Shown one piece after another: positions 37,618 to 47,070 of a DNA stretch of 64,000 nt. The notes under the pieces are model-generated. The model made no database searches and had not been told where the DNA came from. It worked only from the letters and a program-made list of their open reading frames with translations. Position 1 is the first letter of the stretch; every line of letters begins with the position of its first letter. The stretch comes from Solobacterium sp. GTDB taxonomy: Bacteria; Bacillota_I; Bacilli_A; Erysipelotrichales; Erysipelotrichaceae. Location of the stretch: assembly GCA_017510405.1 (NCBI GenBank), contig JAFWNG010000033.1:19005-83004 (forward strand), given 5' to 3'. The translations under genes were made by a program, and so were the position numbers.

Positions 37618-37653
37618 ATGGGTAGAAATCGACTGTTGGATTAGGAGTTAATA

Positions 37654-37752
37654 ATGATTCGCTTCACGACTGCACCTGGACACAAAGTGAATAGTTTTAC
37701 GGAGAAGAATCTTTTACCTGTGCCTGTCGGACAGTTTCGTAAAGTCATTTAA
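37654..37752 (+). CDS. 32-aa small ORF / possible leader peptide (MIRFTTAPGHKVNSFTEKNLLPVPVGQFRKVI)
   Basis: AGGAG RBS at 37643-37647; own promoter; stop codon overlaps the terminator arm; below the ORF-track cutoff. Confidence 0.55.
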   Translation: MIRFTTAPGHKVNSFTEKNLLPVPVGQFRKVI

Positions 37753-37780
37753 GATGGATACTTTGCGTCCATCTTTTTTG
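37751..37780 (+). terminator. Intrinsic terminator / possible attenuator before the ankyrin-EF-G operon
   Basis: AAGATGGA-9 nt-TCCATCTT-TTTT. Confidence 0.8.
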
Positions 37781-37819
37781 TCACATATTTCTATTTCAAA
37801 TACATAGGAGGAAACAAAT

Positions 37820-38488
37820 ATGGATCAGAAAAATGTTGAATTCTTTGAGGCAGCTGCCAGAGGAGATTTCGCAAAAGTCTGTGCGGAAGCAGCGAAAGGC
37901 GCCGACATCAACGTCAAGAACGGCGACGGACGCACGGCTCTGATGCGGAGTGCGAAGCGCGGCTATACGGAGATCGTCCGCTACCTGCTGGATAACGGCG
38001 CTGATGTAAGAGCCAGAGACAACAACAATAAAACCGCTCTGATGGGCGCTGCAAAGAAAGGACATGTCGATATCTGCCGCATGCTCGTACATGCCGGTGC
38101 GGATGTCAATTCCCACGATAACAGAGGGCGTACGGCACTGATGCGCGCGGCGCTGCTCGGACAGGATGACGTCGTTGAATATCTGGTATCCAAGGGTGCC
38201 GATGTAAACGCAAGAGACGATCAGGGACGTACTGCTCTGATGGAAGCCACCACATCCTATAAGATGTACATCATCCAGTATCTGCTTGATCACGGTGCGG
38301 ATATCAACCAGACAGACAGCCGCGGCTGCACAGCTTTGATGAGAGCTGCCTACATCGGATATCCGGAACTGGTAAAGTTCTTATTGAACAACGGCGCGGA
38401 TAAGGATATAAAAGATTACAGTGGCAACATTGCCATTCATTATGTACGCAAAGAGTGCTTGCAGGATCTGAAAGATATTTTGAAATAA
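37820..38488 (+). CDS. Ankyrin repeat protein (5 full repeats plus caps)
   Basis: Five 33-aa units of the form D..G.TALM.A...G...V..L...GAD. Confidence 0.95.
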   Translation: MDQKNVEFFEAAARGDFAKVCAEAAKGADINVKNGDGRTALMRSAKRGYTEIVRYLLDNGADVRARDNNNKTALMGAAKKGHVDICRMLVHAGADVNSHDNRGRTALMRAALLGQDDVVEYLVSKGADVNARDDQGRTALMEATTSYKMYIIQYLLDHGADINQTDSRGCTALMRAAYIGYPELVKFLLNNGADKDIKDYSGNIAIHYVRKECLQDLKDILK

Positions 38489-38506
38489 GTTGGAGGGAAA
38501 ATTAGT

Positions 38507-40576
38507 ATGCGAGATTATTTGGCGAACGAAGTTCGGAACGTCGTTGTACTGGGACATTCCGGTGCCGGCAAGAGTACTGTAGTGGAAGCCTGCCTCTATG
38601 AGACAAAGGCGATTGAGCGTTTCGGCAAGGCAAATGACGGAACAAGTGCAATGAACTTTGATCCGGAAGAAGGCAAGAGAGGACTGTCCTGCTACTGCCA
38701 TCTGGCACCGGTCGAATGGAAAAACAAGAAGATCAACTTCATTGATACTCCAGGCTACATGGACTATGAAGGTGAAGAAGTTACAGGTCTGGCAGTCGGC
38801 GACAACGCCCTGATCGTCATTGACGGCAAGGAAGGCATCGAAGCCGGCACAGAGCGCGCATGGAAGGAATCTTCCAAGAGAAAGCTCCCGACACTGTTCT
38901 TCATTAATAAAATTGATGATGAGCACGCTCATTTTGATCAGGTAGTATCTGCTCTCCGCGATAAGTTCGGACCGTCGGTCATCCCGTTTGAGATGCCGAT
39001 CATGGAAGGCGGAAAAGTCGTTGGTTCCGTCAATATCCTGCGGAAGAAGGCATGGTACTACAACAACAAGACAGAACCGAAGGAAGTACCGGCCAACCTC
39101 GCTGACCAGGTGGAAGAATACTATGCAATGATCGCCGAGGCGATCGCCAGCACAGACGATGAGCTCATGGAAAAGTTCTTCATGGAAGAACCGTTCGACG
39201 AGCATGAGATCGCCAAGGGACTCCGCATCGGTGTCCGCGGCGGCGACATCCGTCCGATCTACTGCGGCAGCGCTATCAACATGACCGGCATCGTCCGTCT
39301 CATGGACCTCATCACAGAATACTTCCCGAGTTATGCAGAAAAGGGAACGATCAAGGCAAAAGACGCAAAAGGCAACCAGGTCGATATGGAAACGAACGAG
39401 AACGAAGCACTGTCTGTGTTCATTTTCAAGACCAACGTTGACCCATTCGTCGGAAAGATCTCCTATCTGAAGGTCATGTCCGGTGTTCTGAGCAGTGATT
39501 CCCAGGTCTACAACGCCAACAAAGACACAAACGAAAAGATCAGCCAGATCTACGTTATCAACGGCAAATATCAGATCGGTGTCGGCAAACTGTTCACCGG
39601 CGATATCGGCGCAGTTGTAAAGCTTTCCTCTACTGAAACAAACGATACACTGTGCACAAAGGCAAAAGCAGTCACATATGACAAGATCGAATATCCGGAG
39701 CCGATGCTCGGATTCGCGATCCGTCCGAAGACAAAGGCTGACGAAGACAAGCTGACCGGCGGCATCCGCAACATGATGCAGGAAGACGCAACGATCCGTC
39801 TCGTCAACAACCAGGAAACACATGAGCAGGTCCTCTACGGACTGGGCGACCAGCATATCGACCTGATCCTCTCCAAACTCAAGAGCAAGTACAAGATCGA
39901 AGTTGAAACATCCACTCCGACTGTTCAGTACCGTGAAACGATCCGCGGCACAGCATCCGCACAGGGTAAATACAAGAAGCAGAACGGCGGTGCCGGCCAG
40001 TACGGTGACGTCCATGTACGTTTCGAACCGTGCGACAGCGAGCGCATGGAATTCGCCGAGGAAGTTGTCGGCGGTGCTGTTCCGAAGCAGTACTTCCCGC
40101 CGGTAGAGCAGGGTCTGCGCGACTGTATGGAACACGGCGTTCTTGCCGGATTCAAAGTTGTCGGCGTCAAGGCTGTCCTGTTTGACGGTTCCTACCATCC
40201 GGTAGACTCCAAGGAAGTTGCCTTCAAGGAAGCCGCAAGACTTGCCTTCAACAAAGCTATGCCGAATGCGAAGCCGGTCCTGCTGGAACCGATCGGCAAA
40301 GTTACAGTCATCGCTCCGGAAGAATACACCGGTACACTGATGGGCGACTTCCCGAAGAGAAGAGGCCTCATCATGGGTATCACGGCAAACGAAGACGGCG
40401 ACCAGGTCATCGAAGCAGAAGCACCGATGTCCGAGATGCTGACATATGCAACGGAACTGCGTTCCATGACACAGGGCCGCGGCAAATACATTCTGAAGTT
40501 TGACCGCTATGAACCGGCTCCGGGCAATGTCGCTGAAAAGGTCATTGCCGAAGCAAAGGCGAAGAAAGAAGCATAA
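38507..40576 (+). CDS. Elongation factor G paralog (EF-G2/fusA2-like)
   Basis: GHSGAGKS, DTPGYMDY, NKID, KKQNGGAGQYGDV, YHPVDS.E.AF, MTQGRG; switch I RGLS; not in an rpsL-rpsG-fusA-tuf context. Confidence 0.9.
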   Translation: MRDYLANEVRNVVVLGHSGAGKSTVVEACLYETKAIERFGKANDGTSAMNFDPEEGKRGLSCYCHLAPVEWKNKKINFIDTPGYMDYEGEEVTGLAVGDNALIVIDGKEGIEAGTERAWKESSKRKLPTLFFINKIDDEHAHFDQVVSALRDKFGPSVIPFEMPIMEGGKVVGSVNILRKKAWYYNNKTEPKEVPANLADQVEEYYAMIAEAIASTDDELMEKFFMEEPFDEHEIAKGLRIGVRGGDIRPIYCGSAINMTGIVRLMDLITEYFPSYAEKGTIKAKDAKGNQVDMETNENEALSVFIFKTNVDPFVGKISYLKVMSGVLSSDSQVYNANKDTNEKISQIYVINGKYQIGVGKLFTGDIGAVVKLSSTETNDTLCTKAKAVTYDKIEYPEPMLGFAIRPKTKADEDKLTGGIRNMMQEDATIRLVNNQETHEQVLYGLGDQHIDLILSKLKSKYKIEVETSTPTVQYRETIRGTASAQGKYKKQNGGAGQYGDVHVRFEPCDSERMEFAEEVVGGAVPKQYFPPVEQGLRDCMEHGVLAGFKVVGVKAVLFDGSYHPVDSKEVAFKEAARLAFNKAMPNAKPVLLEPIGKVTVIAPEEYTGTLMGDFPKRRGLIMGITANEDGDQVIEAEAPMSEMLTYATELRSMTQGRGKYILKFDRYEPAPGNVAEKVIAEAKAKKEA

Positions 40577-40600
40577 TCTTTCCCGAAACACAGAAGAAAT

Positions 40601-40624
40601 GAAAGACCGGGCAGCCGGTCTTTC
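40601..40624 (+). terminator. Intrinsic terminator after the EF-G paralog
   Basis: GAAAGACCGG-GCAG-CCGGTCTTTC. Confidence 0.75.
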
Positions 40625-40692
40625 ATTATTTTTACGGGTCAGGGCATTCCGTACTGTAGCGGAATGTTTTTTTATCATGGTACTATTGAGGC

Positions 40693-42126
40693 ATGAGGAG
40701 TATAAATCTCAGAAATCATATACAGGCGCTGCAGGTTCTGGAAGACGCGGAAATGGCGGTCTACGCGAAAGCAGAGGCGGCCGAAGCGGGAAAAGTAACG
40801 AAGACGCAGGAAGAACAGGATCTTTCCGCTTTTACCGAGCGTCTTTCCGGATATCTGGAGGAAGGGGAGCGCTACAGTGCGGTTGACTGCTTTTTCCTCG
40901 GCTACTGTATTCCCCGGATTGGCAAGGAATTCGATCTGCTGCGCTTTTCGGAGCATATATGCGTCAATATCGAACTGAAAAACCGCAGTACGGAAGAAAC
41001 GGTCCTGCGGCAGCTGCTGCGGAACCGCTACTATCTGCGTGCGCTCGACCGGACGCTGTACCTGTTTACGTATATCGCCACGGAGGACCGCCTCTATACG
41101 CTGAAAAACGGCGCTCTGGCGGAAGGCTCGTGGGAGGAACTGGCGTCGCTGCTGCGTCTGCCGCCGGAAACGGAAGTGAAAGATCCCGACCTGCTGTTCC
41201 GGCCGGAGCGGTATCTGATCTCACCGGTGTATACGCCGAACCGGTTCCTGACCGGTGAATACTTTCTGACCGGACACCAGGAAGCGATCCGTACGGAGAT
41301 CATGCAGTCGGATGACCGGCTGATCGGCATCGAGGGACGCTCCGGCACCGGCAAGACGCTTCTGCTGTACGATCTGTACCGGCAGTGGATCCGCTCGGGA
41401 ACGTATTCGAAACGGGAAGCTGCCGTCGTGCAGTGCGGCGGCATGCACTACGGACACGAGATCCTTCTGCGGAGCGGGATACGCATCGTGCCCTTTGAAC
41501 AGGCGCAGAATCTGCCGGACGATCCGGCGCTGAAGATCCTGCTGTTTGACGAGATCCAGTATCTCAGCACAGAGCAGATGCAGAAACTGCTGGAACACAT
41601 TGCCGAAACAGGAATACGCGCGGTGTTCGCGTGGGATCCGCTCTGGGCGGGATGCGATCCGGAAGCGGGGAAGACCGTGGCGATGCTGCGGGAACAGGAA
41701 TCCCTGGTGCGCTTCAAACTGACCGCGAAGATCCGGACAAACAGCGATACGGCGGTATTTACCGAATGCCTGTTTGATCTTTCCCGGCACAAGGCGCCGC
41801 TGATGTACGATCATGTGCGCGTCATCTATACGGACAGCGAAGCGGACAGTGCGATGGTGACCGGCCTGTACCGCGCCAAGGGATATCTGCGGGTCACCAG
41901 CGATGACAGCTTCCTGCTGAATTTCCTGGAGGAAGAACCGGACAGCGCCGTGTTCGTGCTGGATGAGAACTTCTGCTACGACGAACAGGGGCATCTTTCC
42001 GCGAAGGACGGCAGCCGCAGCGTGCAGACGCTCCAGCGCCGCATCAGCCGGGTACGCCGCCGGATGTGCGTGATCGTACAGAACAATCCGGAACTCTTTT
42101 CTGTTCTTATATCACTGTTTGCCTGA
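40693..42126 (+). CDS. PD-(D/E)xK-type nuclease fused to P-loop helicase-like domain (DUF2075/Nhi-like)
   Basis: GY.IP.IGKEFDLLRF...VNIELK; Walker A GRSGTGKT; Walker B LLFDEIQ; FKLTAKIRTN; C-terminal SRVRRRMCVIVQNN. Confidence 0.7.
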   Translation: MRSINLRNHIQALQVLEDAEMAVYAKAEAAEAGKVTKTQEEQDLSAFTERLSGYLEEGERYSAVDCFFLGYCIPRIGKEFDLLRFSEHICVNIELKNRSTEETVLRQLLRNRYYLRALDRTLYLFTYIATEDRLYTLKNGALAEGSWEELASLLRLPPETEVKDPDLLFRPERYLISPVYTPNRFLTGEYFLTGHQEAIRTEIMQSDDRLIGIEGRSGTGKTLLLYDLYRQWIRSGTYSKREAAVVQCGGMHYGHEILLRSGIRIVPFEQAQNLPDDPALKILLFDEIQYLSTEQMQKLLEHIAETGIRAVFAWDPLWAGCDPEAGKTVAMLREQESLVRFKLTAKIRTNSDTAVFTECLFDLSRHKAPLMYDHVRVIYTDSEADSAMVTGLYRAKGYLRVTSDDSFLLNFLEEEPDSAVFVLDENFCYDEQGHLSAKDGSRSVQTLQRRISRVRRRMCVIVQNNPELFSVLISLFA

Positions 42127-42183
42127 GGGCATATACGCAAGAGCGGAAAATTTAGTATAATAAATGATTGATACGGAGGCAGT

Positions 42184-42825
42184 ATGACTATGAAAAAACA
42201 GATACTGAAAACGGTATGCGCTGTAACAGCGGCAGCGATGTGCGGATGCGCGTCCATCCAGCAGAATATGAGTGATTTCAACGGCCATATTTACGGCAAT
42301 ACATATACGATCGATACGTTTGACAACTTCGGCAAGAAAGTCCTGACAACGCACGGCGACCGCATCGACGTGCACGGAAACGTCGTCCGCGAGGAAACCT
42401 ACAATTCCACGGACAACCAGGCGTCCGGCTATGTCAATACGCTGAGCAGCGTCATTTCCCTGACCATCGACGGTCACGAGATGCTTTCCTGCGGCGACAC
42501 ATGCATCTTCTATGAAGACGGCCTGGTGCCGGACTATGAGTTCTATCTGGATAATATCTATTCCGAAAGCAGCTCGATCATGGAATCCACGCTGATCTCC
42601 GGCATTGTCAATTCCGTCAAGAACAAGTTCGGAAAAGCAGTTGTCGTCGTTATAAAGTCCCAGACCGGTGCTCCGATCTATGCCTTCTCCGGCCGAAAAG
42701 TGACCTGGTCCATCCCGGCAGACCTGCCGAAATTCACCAAACTGATGGTCGACGGCAAAGCTCTGTACCTCCATCGCGCGAACTTCCAGATCCTTGACAA
42801 GGAACTGATCGACGATGCGAAGTAG
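42184..42825 (+). CDS. Conserved lipoprotein (DUF5052-like)
   Basis: Lipobox MCGC; TIDG.E..SCGDTCIF; KLMVDGKALYLHRANFQILD; family named from memory. Confidence 0.7.
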   Translation: MTMKKQILKTVCAVTAAAMCGCASIQQNMSDFNGHIYGNTYTIDTFDNFGKKVLTTHGDRIDVHGNVVREETYNSTDNQASGYVNTLSSVISLTIDGHEMLSCGDTCIFYEDGLVPDYEFYLDNIYSESSSIMESTLISGIVNSVKNKFGKAVVVVIKSQTGAPIYAFSGRKVTWSIPADLPKFTKLMVDGKALYLHRANFQILDKELIDDAK

Positions 42826-42861
42826 GCGGCTGCCGTACCGCAATGAAAGGAGGGTATTTCC

Positions 42862-44322
42862 TTGCATCTGCTGAATTTTACTTTCACGCTTGAGAATATA
42901 CGGAATGTGCTGGTCACGTTCCTGGATATATTCATCATGTGGCTGATCCTGTACTACGTACTGAGGATCGTCCGCAACAATTCCCGTACCGTCCAGATCT
43001 TCAAGGGAATCGTTTTCGTTATTATCGCCGACAGTATCGCCAAGGTGCTCGGCCTGAAGACCATCGAATATGTCACGGACATGTTCATCAACTGGGGATT
43101 CCTTGCCATCATTATCATCTTCCAGCCGGAGATCCGCTCCCTGCTGGAGAAGATGGGCAAATCCGGCGTCTTCAGCCGCATTACGACGCTGACCGGCAAT
43201 GAGAAGGAAAATCTCGTAGACCAGATCGTTACCGCTGTGATGCTGCTGAGCAAGGATCAGACCGGTGCGCTGATCTCCATCGAACAGTCGCATTCCCTGG
43301 AAGACTATGTAGCGACCGGTACGCGTCTGAACTCAGATGTCAGCGCCGAACTGCTGACGTCGATCTTTGTGACGTCCACGCCGCTTCATGACGGCGCCGT
43401 CATCATCCAGGGCGACAAGATCGCCTGCGCCAGCGCGTACTTCCCGCCGACCAATCTCGAACTGCCGTCCCGCTTCGGCGCCCGCCACAGAGCTGCCATC
43501 GGAATCAGTGAGATCACTGACGCGGTCACCATCGTTGTATCCGAAGAAACCGGCACGGTATCCATTGCCCAGTCCGGAAAGATCTTCCACGTTGACCGCC
43601 GCCAGCTGCGCAACTTCCTGATGCGCATCATCATCGGCGAAGTCACCGAGCTGCGTTCTTCTTCCTATCGCGAAGACGCGCAGCGGGCACGCCGACCTGT
43701 ACCGGAAACGGGCAGGGAAGAGATCCCGGTCCCGAAAGAGGCAAAAGTAAGCAGGGAAAAGATCGAGATCGAAGAGATCAAACCGGCTGCCTCGGACGAA
43801 AAGATCGTGATCACGCCGAAACCGGAGGAATCCCGCGAATCCGCGAAGAAACCGCGCCGCCGGCGCAAGATATCGATCTTCCCGAAAGACAGCAGTATTG
43901 TCAGTGAAGAAGAGAAAATGCAGGAACTCGATCAGGAGGCTTCCGACATAAAACTTCCGCATAAGAAGAAACGCGCGAAGCCGAGTTATCCGGACCAGGC
44001 GGCGAATGCACCGGCGGAAACACCGGCAGAAGAGAAGCCGGCACAGCCGGAAGCCGCTCCGAAGCCGGCACCGAGTACAAAACAGCGCCTGACAGCGGAA
44101 GATGTCGAGCGTCTGCGCCAGGAACAGATCCGAAAGCTTTCCCGTGAAGTGACCGCTGAGCAGGAAGCTGCCCGTGAGGAAGATATTTCCCGCTTCGATA
44201 CGACAAAGATCGATATCAGTGGAATCGTCGGCTTCACCAATGAGCTGGACAGCCAGTTTGAGATGATCGACAACCTGGATGTGCCTTCCGACAGTGACAG
44301 TACTTCAGGAGGTGATGCATAA
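42862..44322 (+). CDS. cdaA: Membrane diadenylate cyclase CdaA with long C-terminal tail
   Basis: Three TM helices, IFQPEIR..LE, LHDGAVII, GARHRAAIG, VSEETG; TTG start with GGAGG RBS. Confidence 0.93.
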   Translation: MHLLNFTFTLENIRNVLVTFLDIFIMWLILYYVLRIVRNNSRTVQIFKGIVFVIIADSIAKVLGLKTIEYVTDMFINWGFLAIIIIFQPEIRSLLEKMGKSGVFSRITTLTGNEKENLVDQIVTAVMLLSKDQTGALISIEQSHSLEDYVATGTRLNSDVSAELLTSIFVTSTPLHDGAVIIQGDKIACASAYFPPTNLELPSRFGARHRAAIGISEITDAVTIVVSEETGTVSIAQSGKIFHVDRRQLRNFLMRIIIGEVTELRSSSYREDAQRARRPVPETGREEIPVPKEAKVSREKIEIEEIKPAASDEKIVITPKPEESRESAKKPRRRRKISIFPKDSSIVSEEEKMQELDQEASDIKLPHKKKRAKPSYPDQAANAPAETPAEEKPAQPEAAPKPAPSTKQRLTAEDVERLRQEQIRKLSREVTAEQEAAREEDISRFDTTKIDISGIVGFTNELDSQFEMIDNLDVPSDSDSTSGGDA

Positions 44323-45740
44323 TGGCTGAAAAGAAACCGCGGAATGACGATGCAAAGAAGGACAACAAGACCGAACTGGCCAACCGCATCGCCGAACAGT
44401 CGCAGAAAGTCGCCAGAACCTATGCAAATGTGGAAGACGGCGTGATCCGTCTCATCCGGTTCGTTTCTTCCGGCATCGACCGGATCCTGTTCAACCGCAA
44501 ATACGGAAAACTCGTAGCGCTGGTACTGGCGGTATTAATGTACTTTGTAGTAAACTACAATACTGTATCCTCGCTGTATACCAGTTCCCTGCGGACGGCC
44601 AAAGACCTCAATGATGTTCCGGTCATGGTCAAATACAACTCCGATACATTTGAACTGTCCGGTGTTCCGGACCATGTGGATATTACCATCAGCGGCGACG
44701 CTTCCAACGTGACCAGCGCCGCCAATTCCGGCGGACGCATCGTGGCAGATCTGGAAGGTCTGACCGAAGGCGTCCACGATGTGCGTCTGACAACGGACGG
44801 CTTCGGCGACAATGTCAATATCAAGATCGACCCGTCCAGTGTCCGTCTCACGCTGAAGAAGAAGACGACACAGCAGTTCGATCTGTCCTATGACTTTATC
44901 AATCAGGATAAGATGGACAGCGTATTCAGTGTCGGCACGCCGGTATTCGAATACAACAAAGTCAATGTCCGGGCATCCCGCGACACGCTGGATTCCATTG
45001 CCTTTATCAAGGCACTGATCGACGTATCCGGCAAGGATTCCTCCTTCACGCAGGAGGCGCGTCTGATCGCGTATGCGGCGGACGGCAATCCCGTAAGCGT
45101 TGATATCGTTCCGGATACCGTGCATGTGGAAGTGCCTGTCACATCGCCGAACAAGACCGTGAATATCGAGGTCGAAGTGACCGGCGAAGTGCCGGACGGA
45201 AAGGCAATCGAATCCATTACGATCGACCAGCAGACCGTTACCATATACGGCTCGGAAACAGCGCTGAGCTCCGTGGACCGCGTTGTCGTAACGCTGAACG
45301 CATCCTCGATCACGAAGGATTCCACGATCCTACGTCCGGTGGTGCTGCCTGCCGGCGTCAACAGTTCAAATATCAATCAGGTCACTCTGACCGTCAAACT
45401 GGGCGAGCAGTCCAGCCGGACGATCGATGACGTCAAGCTCCGTTTCAAGAACAATGTAAACAACTACAAAGTCTCGCATCCGGAGAATAAGACGACGACA
45501 AGCGTGACCGTATTCGGAACCGAGGAAAACATCGCAAAGATCAGTGCGGCGGACATCAATGTATACATCGATATGCTGGATGCGCGCCCGGGACTCATGG
45601 AGTTCCCGCTGCAGGTCGATCAGCCGACCAGCGGTCTGGTCCGATTCTCTCTGACAGAATCCACGTACGAACTGAACGTACTGGGTGAGACCAATGACGA
45701 AACAGACAACAATAAAGGAGCAGATGTAAACAATGAGTAA
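44322..45740 (+). CDS. cdaR: CdaR (YbbR-repeat) regulator
   Basis: One TM helix then three to four YbbR-like beta repeats; cdaA-cdaR-glmM synteny. Confidence 0.9.
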   Translation: MAEKKPRNDDAKKDNKTELANRIAEQSQKVARTYANVEDGVIRLIRFVSSGIDRILFNRKYGKLVALVLAVLMYFVVNYNTVSSLYTSSLRTAKDLNDVPVMVKYNSDTFELSGVPDHVDITISGDASNVTSAANSGGRIVADLEGLTEGVHDVRLTTDGFGDNVNIKIDPSSVRLTLKKKTTQQFDLSYDFINQDKMDSVFSVGTPVFEYNKVNVRASRDTLDSIAFIKALIDVSGKDSSFTQEARLIAYAADGNPVSVDIVPDTVHVEVPVTSPNKTVNIEVEVTGEVPDGKAIESITIDQQTVTIYGSETALSSVDRVVVTLNASSITKDSTILRPVVLPAGVNSSNINQVTLTVKLGEQSSRTIDDVKLRFKNNVNNYKVSHPENKTTTSVTVFGTEENIAKISAADINVYIDMLDARPGLMEFPLQVDQPTSGLVRFSLTESTYELNVLGETNDETDNNKGADVNNE

Positions 45741-47070
45741 ATATTTCGGAACGGATGGAATCCGCGGAAAAGCAAATGTAGAACTCGACGCCCGCAAGGC
45801 TTTCCTTGTCGGCAGCTATCTCGGTTACTGGTTCAGCCGCAGCGGCCGCCAGAAGATCGTGATTGGAAAAGATACCCGTCTTTCTTCGGATATGCTGGAA
45901 AACGCTCTGGCATCCGGTATTGCGGCATACGGCTGCGACGCCTACCTGGTCGGCTTCTGCCCGACGCCGGTCATTTCCTATCTGACGCGGACAAAAGATT
46001 TCGCGTGCGGCGCAATGATCTCCGCTTCCCATAATCCGTATTATGACAACGGCATCAAGATCTTCTCTGTGGAAGGCATCAAGATGAGCAGTGATGTCGA
46101 AGATCAGATCGAAGAATATATTGACGGAAAGGTCACTCTGGAATACAAGACAGGCGATGCCATCGGCCGCGTCATCCGCTATGAAGAAGGTCTGGACGAC
46201 TACATCGACTGGATCACGAAAGAATATCCGATCGATCTTACCGGCATGCGGATTGCCATGGACTGCGCCAACGGAGCTGCCTGCTACACGGCAGAGCGCA
46301 CGTTAAAGCGTCTCGGCGCCGAGTGCACAGCAGTGAACAATACACCGGACGGCCTCAACATCAATACAAAGTGCGGTTCCACGCATCCGGAAGCGTTCTG
46401 CGAATTTATGAAGAACGGTTCCTTCGACATCGGTCTGACGTTTGACGGCGATGCCGACCGGCAGATCCTGGTCACCCCGCAGGGTGAACTGGTCAACGGT
46501 GACTATATGCTGTATATCTGCGGCATCTACTACCGCGACAAAGGCGTGCTGACAAACAATACCGTCGTAACGACGGTCATGGCCAACCTCGGTCTGTTCA
46601 AGGCAATGGAGCGCGAGGGGATCGAAGTCGTGCAGACAGCTGTCGGCGATAAATACGTATACGAAGAAATGGCAAAGAAAAATGATGTTGTCGGCGGCGA
46701 ACAGTCCGGACATATCATCTTCCTGCGTCACGCTGTGACCGGTGACGGTCTGATGACGGCGCTTGCCATGCTGAAGATCATCAAGGATACCGGCAAGACC
46801 ATCTGTGAGCTCATGGAAGGCCTGCGCATCTATCCGCAGCTGCTTGTCAATGTCAAGGTAACAGACAAGAACGCTGTGCTCAAAGACGATGAGATCAATG
46901 AGCTGATCAAGGAAGTCACCGCTTCGCTGAACGGCAACGGCCGTATTCTCGTACGTCCGAGCGGCACCGAACCGCTGCTGCGCGTTATGGCAGAGGCAGA
47001 GACAGACGAGATCTGCGCGAATGTCGTACACCGCATCGCTGACCGCATCCGGGAGAAATACGGCGCATGA
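45733..47070 (+). CDS. glmM: Phosphoglucosamine mutase
   Basis: KYFGTDGIRG, ISASHNP, FDGDADR, GGEQSGH, RPSGTEPL.RVM. Confidence 0.97.
   Translation: MSKYFGTDGIRGKANVELDARKAFLVGSYLGYWFSRSGRQKIVIGKDTRLSSDMLENALASGIAAYGCDAYLVGFCPTPVISYLTRTKDFACGAMISASHNPYYDNGIKIFSVEGIKMSSDVEDQIEEYIDGKVTLEYKTGDAIGRVIRYEEGLDDYIDWITKEYPIDLTGMRIAMDCANGAACYTAERTLKRLGAECTAVNNTPDGLNINTKCGSTHPEAFCEFMKNGSFDIGLTFDGDADRQILVTPQGELVNGDYMLYICGIYYRDKGVLTNNTVVTTVMANLGLFKAMEREGIEVVQTAVGDKYVYEEMAKKNDVVGGEQSGHIIFLRHAVTGDGLMTALAMLKIIKDTGKTICELMEGLRIYPQLLVNVKVTDKNAVLKDDEINELIKEVTASLNGNGRILVRPSGTEPLLRVMAEAETDEICANVVHRIADRIREKYGA

Noticed and set aside
37820-38488. CRISPR or DNA tandem repeat from the roughly 99-nt periodicity
   Set aside because: Periodicity is the ankyrin protein repeat; no identical DNA repeats with unique spacers anywhere in the window
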